From an uncultured Acidobacteriota bacterium (GTDB taxonomy: Bacteria; Acidobacteriota; JAQAZP01): DNA of 64,000 nucleotides. Under the pieces are notes generated by a model that saw only the letters and a program-made list of their open reading frames with translations, made no database searches and was not told the DNA's origin. The stretch covers positions 3,330,442 to 3,394,441 of the forward strand of contig CAWIIB010000009.1 of NCBI GenBank assembly GCA_963836075.1. Direction: 5' to 3'. Within the stretch, counting starts at the first letter, position 1; each line of letters opens with the position of its first letter. A program made the translations under genes and the position numbers. Positions 18,679 to 27,342 of the stretch are shown in pieces.

Positions 18679-21405
18679 TCATTCGGCCCGGACGCCGGCG
18701 ATATTGCCCCCGTAGGTCATCCAGTCATTGTAGGCAAGGAAGCTGTGGTCGGCGATATAATCGACCCTGCTCTCCCGGACTTTATACGAATGGAGATAGG
18801 CCTTTGCCTCAGGGTCCGGGCCCTGCAGGGTAAGGATTTCATCCACGCCGTCCTGGTCCGCATCCCCGGCCGAGACTTTGGCGCCATACCAGGTGCCATA
18901 GTAAGGAAAGGCGATGAAATTGACGTTGCCCATCAGGGTCAGGTTGCCACCGTCAAAGTTCCACCCCCGGATGTGACCGGAGAACGAGGGCCCCGGGCCC
19001 GGGGCGGTGAGGATCTCGTCGATCCCGTCGCCGTCGATATCGCCGGCCGCCACTTCCACCCCGAAACGGGGTGTGTTGTAGGCGAAGAAGTTGACCCCCG
19101 GGATCGGGGTGGTGCTGCCGCCGTCGTCGTGGTTCCAGCCCCGCACGTGGGCGCCGAACACCGGCCCGGGCCCGGCCCCGGTGATGATCTCATCGAAACC
19201 GTCGCCGTCGATATCGCCGGTGGCCACTTTCACCCCGAATCGGGGCGTGTTGTAGGCGAAGAAGTTGACCCCCGGGATGGGGAGAACGGTGCCGCTGCCG
19301 TCATGGTTCCAGCCCCGCACGTGGGCGCCGAACACCGGACCGGGTCCGGCGCCGGTGATGATCTCATCCTTCCCGTCGCCGTCGATGTCGCCGGCCGCCA
19401 CGTTGACCCCGTGGCGGTGCGTGCCGTAGGCCATGAAACTGCCCCCGGTCACGGGGGTGCCGCTCATCGACCAGCAGCGGACGTGGGGGCCGAAGATCTG
19501 GCCCGGGCCAGGCCCGGTGATCACTTCGGATGCTCCATCACCATGGAGGTCTCCGCAGGCCACGTTGACGCCATAACCCGGGACGCCGTAGGCCAGCCAC
19601 TGGGCTGCGGGGGTGCGGACCAGCGGCGGGTTGTACCTGCCGGGGCCGGGGCCGGTGACCATGTTGACCATTCCCTCATCCGCTTCCCATGGATAAACGA
19701 ATATGGTGCGCACGGCGGGGGTGTTGTCGATCCGTCCCTCGAGATCCCGGGTCCGGACGGAGAAGGTATGGGCTCCTTCGGTGAGGCCCTGGAGCACGGC
19801 ATGCTGGACGGTGCTGAACGGGCTCCAGCTATCCGAGTCGACCTTCCAGGAGTATTGCAGTCCTTCGGCGGAGCCATGATGGTTGCGACCCGAAAACGCG
19901 AAAGTGAACATGGGTGAATCCACACCCCACTCCGGACCGGACGTGATCGTGGTGTCCGGATCGCGCACGGTGACGAAGTGGTGCCAGCCCATGTCGGCGA
20001 CGCCGGTATCGTCCAGGCCGTCGGTGCGGGTGCTGCCGATGACCCGGGCGTCGGAAAAGTCGCCCGAGTCGACACAGGGGCTCTGCACGGCCTGCCCGGA
20101 CGTGAACTGGCTCAGGTAGTGGTCGCCGCCCGGCCCGGCGGCGAACTCGGGATCGCCGGTGATCATCCCCTCCCCCCAGATGAATGTCACGTCATCGTCC
20201 ACTACGCAGGAGCCCGTACCGCCCTCCACGTCGCAGTGGCTGAATTTGATTGTGCACGGATAGGAGCTGGTGTAATTGCAGACGTAGAGTTCCGGGCCTT
20301 GCCATCCCGCCTCGTCATTCCAGAGTATCGAATTGACAATGACCAGGCTGTCCGCCTGCCCGGGGGATGGACCGTGAAATGACCTGTTGAAGTAGATCCC
20401 GCCGCCCTCGCCGGCGCTGTTCCCGTAGAATGTACTGCTGTTGATGGTGTGATTGCCGCCCCACTCGAAGGCGATCCCGCCGCCGCTCCCGGCATGGTTC
20501 TGCACAAAGATGTTGTTCACCAGGAAGGAGCTTCCACCGATCAAGTAAATTCCGCCGCCCAGGTCCGCGTCGTTCCAGCGAAATACGTTTTTCGAAATCT
20601 CCCCCGGCTTGCTACTGAAACAGCAGATAGCACCGCCACGGCTGGGGGCTTCCATGTACCCTCCGGCTTCATTGCCGATGAAGGTGTTCTCCACGATGGT
20701 GGGGATAGAATCATTTCCACAGAAGATTCCGCCGCCCCCATAACCGTAAGTCGTACTGCCAGTGACATTGTGTGAGATGGTGTTCAGGGCGATGCGTGGA
20801 CTGCTGCCTTCGCTGCAATAGATGCCTCCACCGTCGTGAGCCCGGTTCCCGGTGATGATGTTGCCCACGATGGTGGGGGAGGCGCCGTTACCACAAACGA
20901 TCGCTCCACCCACAGTGGCCCGGTTGCCGGTGAGAATGTTGTAGGCGATTCGCGGTGAACTGTTTTGACAGAGGATGGCGCCGCCGCCAAAAGTAGTCCC
21001 GTAGCCATTGCGGATAGTGAACCCCTGCACAACCGATTTCTCGGACTCCCCACTTTGAAAGATGAACCCGCGGTGAGCGGTGGGACTGTCGACACGGCCG
21101 CAATCGATGATGCAGAAGTGGGTCTCGCCAGCCGACTTGACGGTGATCGCCTTGCCGTGGAAATCGATATCCCTGTTGCCGTCACCTGTGTACAGACCGT
21201 TGGCCACCAGCACCGTGTCGCCGTCAGCGGCGGCGTCGATCCCCGCCTGGATCGTGGGCTGGTCGGCCGGCACATGGATCGCGGCCGCCATGACCGATGC
21301 CGCCGGTATGGTGATGAGGATGAAGAAAACGAGAGCGAGTGCGGTGGAAAGCGGTGCGCGGTTGTGGGGATTCGATGCCGATTGACCGATCATGATGGCC
21401 TCCAT
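18679..21405 (-). CDS. Secreted right-handed beta-helix protein with C-terminal FG-GAP repeats
   Basis: Signal/TM segment, then PbH1-like repeats (N-x-I-x-G-N-x-A-x-x-GGGI). Four GDIDGDGxDEIITGAGPGPVFGAHVRGW repeats follow. Confidence 0.65.
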   Translation of the reverse strand: MEAIMIGQSASNPHNRAPLSTALALVFFILITIPAASVMAAAIHVPADQPTIQAGIDAAADGDTVLVANGLYTGDGNRDIDFHGKAITVKSAGETHFCIIDCGRVDSPTAHRGFIFQSGESEKSVVQGFTIRNGYGTTFGGGAILCQNSSPRIAYNILTGNRATVGGAIVCGNGASPTIVGNIITGNRAHDGGGIYCSEGSSPRIALNTISHNVTGSTTYGYGGGGIFCGNDSIPTIVENTFIGNEAGGYMEAPSRGGAICCFSSKPGEISKNVFRWNDADLGGGIYLIGGSSFLVNNIFVQNHAGSGGGIAFEWGGNHTINSSTFYGNSAGEGGGIYFNRSFHGPSPGQADSLVIVNSILWNDEAGWQGPELYVCNYTSSYPCTIKFSHCDVEGGTGSCVVDDDVTFIWGEGMITGDPEFAAGPGGDHYLSQFTSGQAVQSPCVDSGDFSDARVIGSTRTDGLDDTGVADMGWHHFVTVRDPDTTITSGPEWGVDSPMFTFAFSGRNHHGSAEGLQYSWKVDSDSWSPFSTVQHAVLQGLTEGAHTFSVRTRDLEGRIDNTPAVRTIFVYPWEADEGMVNMVTGPGPGRYNPPLVRTPAAQWLAYGVPGYGVNVACGDLHGDGASEVITGPGPGQIFGPHVRCWSMSGTPVTGGSFMAYGTHRHGVNVAAGDIDGDGKDEIITGAGPGPVFGAHVRGWNHDGSGTVLPIPGVNFFAYNTPRFGVKVATGDIDGDGFDEIITGAGPGPVFGAHVRGWNHDDGGSTTPIPGVNFFAYNTPRFGVEVAAGDIDGDGIDEILTAPGPGPSFSGHIRGWNFDGGNLTLMGNVNFIAFPYYGTWYGAKVSAGDADQDGVDEILTLQGPDPEAKAYLHSYKVRESRVDYIADHSFLAYNDWMTYGGNIAGVRAE

Positions 21406-21435
21406 GGCATTTGGTCGATATGAAGAAGTTGGTTT

Positions 21436-21465
21436 CTTATAAGATCATAGGTGAATATAGGTCAA
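21436..21465 (-). promoter_or_regulatory. Candidate sigma70 promoter in the AT-rich leader of the beta-helix gene
   Basis: On the minus strand: TTGACC (21465-21460), an 18-nt spacer, then TATAAG (21441-21436). Confidence 0.3.
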
Positions 21466-21499
21466 TCAATCCTGATTTTCCACAAGAATACAGGACGGA

Positions 21500-21973
21500 T
21501 CAGGACGACCCGCCTCGTCCGGGACCCTGGCCGTGACGCGTTCGGCCCTGGCCACCCTGCCAGTGGCCCTGGTTGTTCCATAGCGGAATCTGGTGCAGGG
21601 ACCGGAGGCGCACCATCAGTCCCCGGGACGTGTTGAGGACCTTGTGGGCCTTGCCGGGCCCCTCATCTCCGACAAAGTACTTGACCTTCAGCTGGTCCCC
21701 CGGCTCGACGGAGAATCCGATGTCATCCATCGCTTGCGGCGGGGCGAGGAGAATGGTCACCGGGTGATCTTTGTCACCTTTCGGGGCGAGGCTTACCTGC
21801 ACCACTTCGATACCGCCCTCACCGGCAATGCGGCTGACCGTCAGCACTTCGCCCTCCACGGTCTTCAGCGAGGAGCGGGGGGCAGGCCCGTCCGACCCCT
21901 CTGCCGAGACGGCCAGGCCCAGCAGCAGGCCGCAGCAGAGAAGGAGCAGACTGTAGTGGCGGAACAGCCTCAC
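21500..21973 (-). CDS. Small secreted protein (OB-like core) with a Gly/Arg/Gln-rich tail
   Basis: GTG start at 21973 with GGAG 7 nt upstream, overlapping the upstream stop as GTGA. Signal peptide LLLLCCGLLLGLAVSAEG. The tail reads QGGQGRTRHGQGPGRGGSS. Confidence 0.5.
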   Translation of the reverse strand: MRLFRHYSLLLLCCGLLLGLAVSAEGSDGPAPRSSLKTVEGEVLTVSRIAGEGGIEVVQVSLAPKGDKDHPVTILLAPPQAMDDIGFSVEPGDQLKVKYFVGDEGPGKAHKVLNTSRGLMVRLRSLHQIPLWNNQGHWQGGQGRTRHGQGPGRGGSS

Positions 21974-22947
21974 AGGACGTCTCCTCCCAACCAGAGCCGG
22001 CCCGGCGTGTGGCGGCCCACGGAGATCCCGATGGCCAGCGAGACGTCCGGCGACGCGTTCCCCAGGCCCACCAGCACCCGGCCATACCAGCGGTAGCGGC
22101 CGGTGGTCCGCACGGATGCGCCGAAGTTGAACACCTCGCCCGTGTCCTCCACGGCTTCCTGTGCCGCGCTGATCCAGCCGGCAAGTATCACCCGGTCGGA
22201 GGCCAGCGGGTCGCTCTCCATCCCCACGTTGAGATCCAGCACGTCGTTCAGTTCGCCCCACGAGGGATCGCCCAGCCAGTTCCAGCCGATCCGGCCGTAG
22301 AGTGTGGATGACCAGAAGCGGTAGCCGCTCCAGAAACCGATCCGGTAGTCGGTCTCACCGGTGCCCATGCCATTGTCGGCGTCGGCTGTGGGGAGTTTAA
22401 CTTCCAGTTCGGCATCCAGGCGAAAAACTTTCACGCCGCCGCCCACCAGGCGCCGGGAGAGGGCTACGAGGATGTCCCCGATACCGTTGGCCGTTTCGTC
22501 ATAATGTGAAATATCGCCTTCACCCCCGTCGCCACCTCCGCCTCCGCCTCCGCCACCACCGCCACCACCGCCACCACCGCCACCGCCACCGCCGCCGTCA
22601 CCACCGCCACCACCACTGCCACCACCACTGCCGCCACGCCGCCTTCTCTCGTTCTCCCCGCCCACCGGCATGGTTCCGGCGCCGGTGCGTACCACGCTGT
22701 AGGACGTGTCCATCACCAGGTAGGGCAGATTGACCCTCAGCTGCCAGGCATCGCCGAGAATGTACTGCAGGTTCGCGGCCCAGGTGTCCACCTTGTCGTC
22801 GGTGCCGTAGTCGCCGGTGGTCCAGGAGGTGATCAGGGTCCATTCGCCCACCGGTTCGGCCACTGCCGCGGTGGAGGTGAGCAGTGCGAGGGCGAGGAGC
22901 AGGGCCTGGACGAATCGGCAACAGCCGGCAGTTCTGTTCCACCTCAT
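21970..22947 (-). CDS. Putative outer-membrane beta-barrel protein with an internal poly-Gly tract
   Basis: Signal peptide (ALLLALALLTSTAAVA). The remainder has alternating beta-strand-like segments. A 22-Gly run interrupts it. Confidence 0.45.
   Translation of the reverse strand: MRWNRTAGCCRFVQALLLALALLTSTAAVAEPVGEWTLITSWTTGDYGTDDKVDTWAANLQYILGDAWQLRVNLPYLVMDTSYSVVRTGAGTMPVGGENERRRRGGSGGGSGGGGGDGGGGGGGGGGGGGGGGGGGGGGDGGEGDISHYDETANGIGDILVALSRRLVGGGVKVFRLDAELEVKLPTADADNGMGTGETDYRIGFWSGYRFWSSTLYGRIGWNWLGDPSWGELNDVLDLNVGMESDPLASDRVILAGWISAAQEAVEDTGEVFNFGASVRTTGRYRWYGRVLVGLGNASPDVSLAIGISVGRHTPGRLWLGGDVL
22522..22635. repeat. Trinucleotide (GCC/ACC/TCC)n low-complexity tract encoding poly-Gly
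   Basis: Codon-by-codon reading gives R-GGSGGGSGGGGG-D-(G x22, 22531-22596)-D-GG-E-G-D. Confidence 0.9.
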
Positions 22948-22950
22948 GGA

Positions 22951-24315
22951 TCAGCCTTTCATCCCGTATTTCGAGATCTTGTAGCGCAGGGCCCGTTCCG
23001 ATATCCCCAGCTTGCGGGCGGCGCGGGACTGCACGCCGCTGGCCGCGGCCAATGCCTCGGTGATGGCCGATTTCTCCATCGCCGCTACCCGGCCGGGCAG
23101 CGAGTCGTTCTCTTCGTCCTGCGGGGCGCCGTTCTCGTGGCGCGATCCCAGCACCGCCGGGGGAAGGTCGCCGGCGGTGATCTGGTTCCTGCGGGCCAGC
23201 ACCATGCCTCGTTGCACGGCGTTCTCCAGCTCGCGGACATTGCCCGGGAAATCGTAGGCGATCAGCAGGTCCATGGCCTCCCGGGAGATCGACGCGGCGG
23301 TGCCGTCTTCGCCGTGCTTGGACAGGAAGTGATCCACCAGCAGCGGAATGTCCGATTTGCGATTGCGCAGCGGCGGGATTTCAATATTCACCACGGCCAG
23401 CCGGTAGAAAAGGTCATCCCTGAAGTCGCCCTTTTCGATGGCCTCCGGCAGGTTGCGGTGGGTGGCGGCGATAACCCGCACATCCACCGGCACGGTGGTG
23501 TTGGATCCCACGCGCTCCAGGGATCTCTCCTGGAGCACCCGCAGCAGCTTGACCTGGACCTCTGCCGGCAGGTCCCCGATCTCGTCGAGGAAAATGGTGC
23601 CGCCGGAAGCAACCTCGAACCGCCCCTGCCGCTCGCGATCGGCCCCGGTGAACGCCCCCTTCTCGTGCCCGAAGAGCTCGCTCTCCAGCAACTGGCTGGA
23701 GAGGGCGCTGGCATTCACGGCCACGAACGGGCCGCCGGCCCGGGGGCCGGCCCCGTGAATCGCCCGGGCCACCAGTTCCTTTCCCGTGCCGCTTTCCCCC
23801 TGCACCAGCACCGAGACATCGGAGCGGGACACCCGGGAGATGAGGGAGAGCACCTCGCTCATCACCCCGCCGGCGGTGACGATGCCGGGCACCGACTCGA
23901 ACCTGGCCAGCCGCGCCTTGAGGTCAATGTTTTCCCGGTGCAGCCGGCGTGCATCCAGCAACCGTCGCACCAGGTGTTCCACCTCGTCCAGGTCCAGAGG
24001 TTTGAGCAGGTAGTCCGCCGCCCCCTGTTTGAGACAGGCCACCGCATCCTCCACCGTACCAAAGGCGGTGGCCAGGATCACGGCCACTTCGGGGTTGACC
24101 CGCTGGATTTCCTCCAGCAGATGGGTCCCGTCCATCCGCGGCATTCGGATGTCGCTGATACAGAGGTCCGGTGCCTGCCGCACCACGGCATCCAGTGCCT
24201 CCCGGCCGTCGCCGGCCTCGGTCACTTTGGCGCCGAGGTCGCGGAGAAAGCCTGCAAGTTCTTCGCGCTGGGAGCGGTCGTCGTCCACCACCAGAATGCG
24301 GGCATCGAGGTTCAT
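22951..24315 (-). CDS. Sigma54-dependent response regulator (NtrC/AtoC-type enhancer-binding protein)
   Basis: REC domain (ILVVDDD...), an AAA+ domain with GESGTGKE and GAFTGA, and a C-terminal Fis-type HTH. Confidence 0.9.
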   Translation of the reverse strand: MNLDARILVVDDDRSQREELAGFLRDLGAKVTEAGDGREALDAVVRQAPDLCISDIRMPRMDGTHLLEEIQRVNPEVAVILATAFGTVEDAVACLKQGAADYLLKPLDLDEVEHLVRRLLDARRLHRENIDLKARLARFESVPGIVTAGGVMSEVLSLISRVSRSDVSVLVQGESGTGKELVARAIHGAGPRAGGPFVAVNASALSSQLLESELFGHEKGAFTGADRERQGRFEVASGGTIFLDEIGDLPAEVQVKLLRVLQERSLERVGSNTTVPVDVRVIAATHRNLPEAIEKGDFRDDLFYRLAVVNIEIPPLRNRKSDIPLLVDHFLSKHGEDGTAASISREAMDLLIAYDFPGNVRELENAVQRGMVLARRNQITAGDLPPAVLGSRHENGAPQDEENDSLPGRVAAMEKSAITEALAAASGVQSRAARKLGISERALRYKISKYGMKG

Positions 24316-25943
24316 ACTGTTTCTCCGTCGCCGCCGGCGGGCAGCTTCAACCGGGCCAGCGCACCGCCATTTTTCCTGCTGCGCAGGGTCGCCGAACCGC
24401 CGTGTTCTTCAGCCACCCGCCGGACCAGGGCCAGACCCAGGCCAACACCGCCGGCCTGGTTGGTGACAAAGGCGTCAAACAGCTGCTCCGCCGTGGCGTC
24501 ATCCACCCCGGGGCCTTCATCCGACACGCCCACCTGGACGAACCCGTTCGCTGCCGTGGTCTCCACTCGAACCTCGCCGCCGGCCGGGCTGGCCTGGATC
24601 GCGTTGCGCACCAGGTTGATCAGCGAACGGCGGATCGACTCCGGGTCCACCGGGGCCGGACAGGGGGGGCCGGACAGGGTGAGGCGCACGCCGGTGGATT
24701 CGGCCTCGTCGGTGAGCAGCTCCACCACCTCACCGGAGATGACCCGGAGATCGGTCTGTTTCCTGGACCGGCCCACCGGGCTGGCCAGTTCGAGGAATTC
24801 GCGAAGAATCGCTTCCAGCCGTCCTATCTCGCCGCGGACCTTGGCCGCAAAACGACCCACATCGTCCTGCGGTGGGTGAGTCCGTCCGATACGCTGTGCG
24901 GCGAGGCTGATGGCGTTGAGCGGCGACCGCACCTCGTGAGCCAGGCCGGCGGTGAGGGCGCCGGCGGCCGCCAGCCGCTCACTGCGCCTCCGTGCCGTCT
25001 CCACCTCGGCCAGACGCCGGGCCGCCGCTTCACGCTCCACGGCGCGACTTCTGGTGAGCAGGGCGATGAAGACCAGGGCCAGACTGAACACGGAGAGCAC
25101 GATGCCCACCATGGCCGTCCGGCGCACCGCGGATGCCGAAGCCGCGGCCAGGGGCCGCCCGTCCATCCCCACCCGCAGCGATGCCTGAAAACCGGCCGGT
25201 GCGCTCACCGGTACCACCACCTCGTACACTTCGCGGCCGCGCACCGTGCGACGGCCGTCACCTGCGTCCAGTCCCGGCGGGATCGGTTCGCCATCCCAGC
25301 TGGCCTCCAGCGGCTCCCCACCCGGGGAGACGGTGTAGCCGAGGTAGAGCACGCCTCCGGACCCGGCCAGCCGTTGGAGCAGGTTGGCCGCGCCGATGGT
25401 GCCGGAGAAGGCGAGGTTTGACCGTGCGTGCACCCTGACGATTACAGCGCCGCCGTCGACTGTCCGCACCACAGCAGCGATGTGTTCCACGCCGTCTTCC
25501 ATCTGTGGCCCGAGGATCATCTCGTCGGCCTTTCCCTCGATCACTTCAACCGCCTGCCGGCGCAGCGCATCGGGAACCGGTGCTCCCACGGATACGCTCT
25601 GGCTGCCCGCCCGGTCGAGGTGGACGATGGAGTCGAGGTCGTTCTGTTCTGCCAGGGCACCGGCTGCAGCAGCGGTGAGGCCGCCGGATTGCTGCAGGAC
25701 GGCGAGAATCCGTGTGTTTTCAAGAACCTTGGCCGTGGAGGTCTCCTCGATCTCCCGGGCCGCGGTGGAAGCCGCTTCGAGGCCCGGACCGAGGGTGCGG
25801 GCGAGGAGAGTGGCCTGGGCGGCCAGCACCTCGGCGGTTTCCCGCCGCTGGTTACGCCCTTCGTGGATCGCCCATGCGGCCAGTGCCATGGCGAGCACCA
25901 GCAGCGGAATCATGGTCGTCAGTGTTCGGAGCCTTCTCAACAT
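24312..25943 (-). CDS. Sensor histidine kinase
   Basis: Two TM segments flank a periplasmic domain. H-box AGLAHEVRSPLNAI and the HATPase N/G boxes are present. Overlaps the response regulator gene by 4 nt. Confidence 0.85.
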   Translation of the reverse strand: MLRRLRTLTTMIPLLVLAMALAAWAIHEGRNQRRETAEVLAAQATLLARTLGPGLEAASTAAREIEETSTAKVLENTRILAVLQQSGGLTAAAAGALAEQNDLDSIVHLDRAGSQSVSVGAPVPDALRRQAVEVIEGKADEMILGPQMEDGVEHIAAVVRTVDGGAVIVRVHARSNLAFSGTIGAANLLQRLAGSGGVLYLGYTVSPGGEPLEASWDGEPIPPGLDAGDGRRTVRGREVYEVVVPVSAPAGFQASLRVGMDGRPLAAASASAVRRTAMVGIVLSVFSLALVFIALLTRSRAVEREAAARRLAEVETARRRSERLAAAGALTAGLAHEVRSPLNAISLAAQRIGRTHPPQDDVGRFAAKVRGEIGRLEAILREFLELASPVGRSRKQTDLRVISGEVVELLTDEAESTGVRLTLSGPPCPAPVDPESIRRSLINLVRNAIQASPAGGEVRVETTAANGFVQVGVSDEGPGVDDATAEQLFDAFVTNQAGGVGLGLALVRRVAEEHGGSATLRSRKNGGALARLKLPAGGDGETV

Positions 25944-25971
25944 GCGCCTATTTTACGCCGTAAAGCCCCGT

Positions 25972-26487
25972 TTAGCGACCGCCTCCGCAACTTCCGCCGC
26001 CGCCACCGCCGCCGCCGCGGGAGCCGCCATTGCCGCCTCGTTGACCGCTGCCGCTGCCGGTCCCGGGGCATTTCGGGTTCTGGATGCCGTCTCCGGGTAT
26101 TCCGCCGCAGGAGCCATCCCGGGTACGGGTCCTGGTCCACTGCTGGTTCATCTCACCGGTCCCGTTGCGGAACTTATACGAGGCACCGGTACGCCGGACT
26201 CTCATCCCCCGGGCCAGGGGAATACCGTCTTTCTCCATTCCGTCCAGCAGGTCGAGGCGCACCTGGTCACCGTCCAGCACCAGGCCGCGGCAGGTGCCGG
26301 CCTCGCCCAACCGGACCTGCATCCGCTGGCCTCCGGTGGTGAGGATGGTCAACTGGTCGAACCCCTGGGCGTCGGTCAATTCCACGACCCTGCCCTGGAT
26401 GCTGGGCGCCTGACTGTCACCCGCCATGGCGGTCGCCGCGCAGATGGCAAGTGTCAGGATCCACAATGCTGCGGTTCTCGTTTTCAT
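25972..26487 (-). CDS. Small secreted protein (OB-like core) with a Gly-rich tail
   Basis: Signal peptide MKTRTAALWILTLAICAATAMA and RBS GGAGGGAG. The tail reads GSGSGQRGGNGGSRGGGGGGGGSCGGGR. Confidence 0.55.
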   Translation of the reverse strand: MKTRTAALWILTLAICAATAMAGDSQAPSIQGRVVELTDAQGFDQLTILTTGGQRMQVRLGEAGTCRGLVLDGDQVRLDLLDGMEKDGIPLARGMRVRRTGASYKFRNGTGEMNQQWTRTRTRDGSCGGIPGDGIQNPKCPGTGSGSGQRGGNGGSRGGGGGGGGSCGGGR

Positions 26488-26513
26488 CTGCTCCCTCCCT
26501 CACCGGTTTTTGT

Positions 26514-26557
26514 GTAAAAAAATGGCGGTCATGCATCACCATCACACGACCGCCATT
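26514..26557 (-). terminator. Rho-independent-type terminator after 26580..27050
   Basis: On the minus strand: AATGGCGGTC, a 17-nt loop, GACCGCCATT, then T7. Confidence 0.5.
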
Positions 26558-26579
26558 CGGTTCCTGCTCGTCCCCTCAG

Positions 26580-27050
26580 TTAGCGGAGAGCGAGCGCAAA
26601 GTCCTGAACCAGGGTCTCACCCTCGGCGACGGTCACCGGAGTCAGTTCGGTGGGCAGGTAGCCGCAGGCGCAGGCGCGCATCAGGTAGTCAGCGGCATCG
26701 AGGTTTTCAATGACATAGACGCCGTTGGCATCGGTCTCGACCCGGGTGGCCATTCCCGCGCCGCCGCCGTGGTAACCGCCGCCAAAACCACCGCCACCGC
26801 CGCTGCCGGATCCGCCGCCGCTGCCCCAGCCGTGGTCGCCGCCGTGGAACTGCGAGCCGCCGCCGCCGCTGCAGCCGTCCGCCGGGCGGATGGTCACGAA
26901 GGCTCCTTCGATGGGCAGACCGGTGTCCGCGTCGGTCACCGTGCCGGTGACCGTGGCTGTCTGGGCCATGGCGGTGGCGCCGGTCAGGGCCACGGCCGCC
27001 ACAAAGATGAGGGCAGTCTTGATCAGCGATGATTTCGTGAGTTTGAACAT
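26580..27050 (-). CDS. Secreted carboxypeptidase-regulatory-like (CarboxypepD_reg) domain protein with a Gly/His-rich insertion
   Basis: Signal peptide. GTVTDADTGLPIEGAFVTI ... TDANGVYVIENL ... YLP is split by SGGGGSQFHGGDHGWGSGGGSGSGGGGGFGGGYHGGGAG. Confidence 0.55.
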   Translation of the reverse strand: MFKLTKSSLIKTALIFVAAVALTGATAMAQTATVTGTVTDADTGLPIEGAFVTIRPADGCSGGGGSQFHGGDHGWGSGGGSGSGGGGGFGGGYHGGGAGMATRVETDANGVYVIENLDAADYLMRACACGYLPTELTPVTVAEGETLVQDFALALR

Positions 27051-27300
27051 CTTCTCTCCTTTTAGCAGTTCACATGAATCCTTAAAATGATGAAAACCTT
27101 CTGATTGAGGCCCGATTCAAATCCTCCTTTCCCCCTGGTTTCAAACCGTGGTGGTATGGGCAACCCGTCAAATCGATCTCTGCAGTTGGTGTCGAGCCAT
27201 TCGTGATGACCGTGACACCAGATTCATGGAGCAAGAACCGTACCAGACGAAAACAAAGGACTTACGGGCGGGAATTCGACATTTCGGGCGGATGGCCGGG

Positions 27301-27330
27301 CCCCGGTTCGACGAAATTGTCGAACCGGGG
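27301..27330 (-). terminator. Perfect 12-bp hairpin just downstream of the HTH gene (no U-tract)
   Basis: CCCCGGTTCGAC, gaaatt, GTCGAACCGGGG, lying 13 nt from the stop at 27343. Confidence 0.35.
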
Positions 27331-27342
27331 CTGGGGAGAAGC

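Noticed and set aside
21500-22261. The 253-aa version of the small secreted protein ORF, extending upstream into the barrel gene.
   Set aside because: The upstream 96 codons overlap the 3' end of 21970..22947 in another frame and are Arg/Gly-rich. A GTG at 21973 with GGAG 7 nt upstream gives a clean signal peptide and a GTGA stop-start overlap.
22522-22635. The possibility that repetitive GC-rich tracts (here, and at 25984-26040, 26770-26880 and 54640-54720) are CRISPR-like or other non-coding repeat arrays.
   Set aside because: The periodicity is 3 nt and in frame within ORFs that have signal peptides. There is no repeat-spacer organisation and there are no cas genes.
26488-27150. Sigma54 promoters (TGGCAC-N5-TTGC) upstream of 26487 and 27050, expected because of the adjacent EBP.
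   Set aside because: Reading both leaders on the minus strand, I found no GG-N10-GC match of acceptable quality. This needs a matrix scan rather than an eye search.
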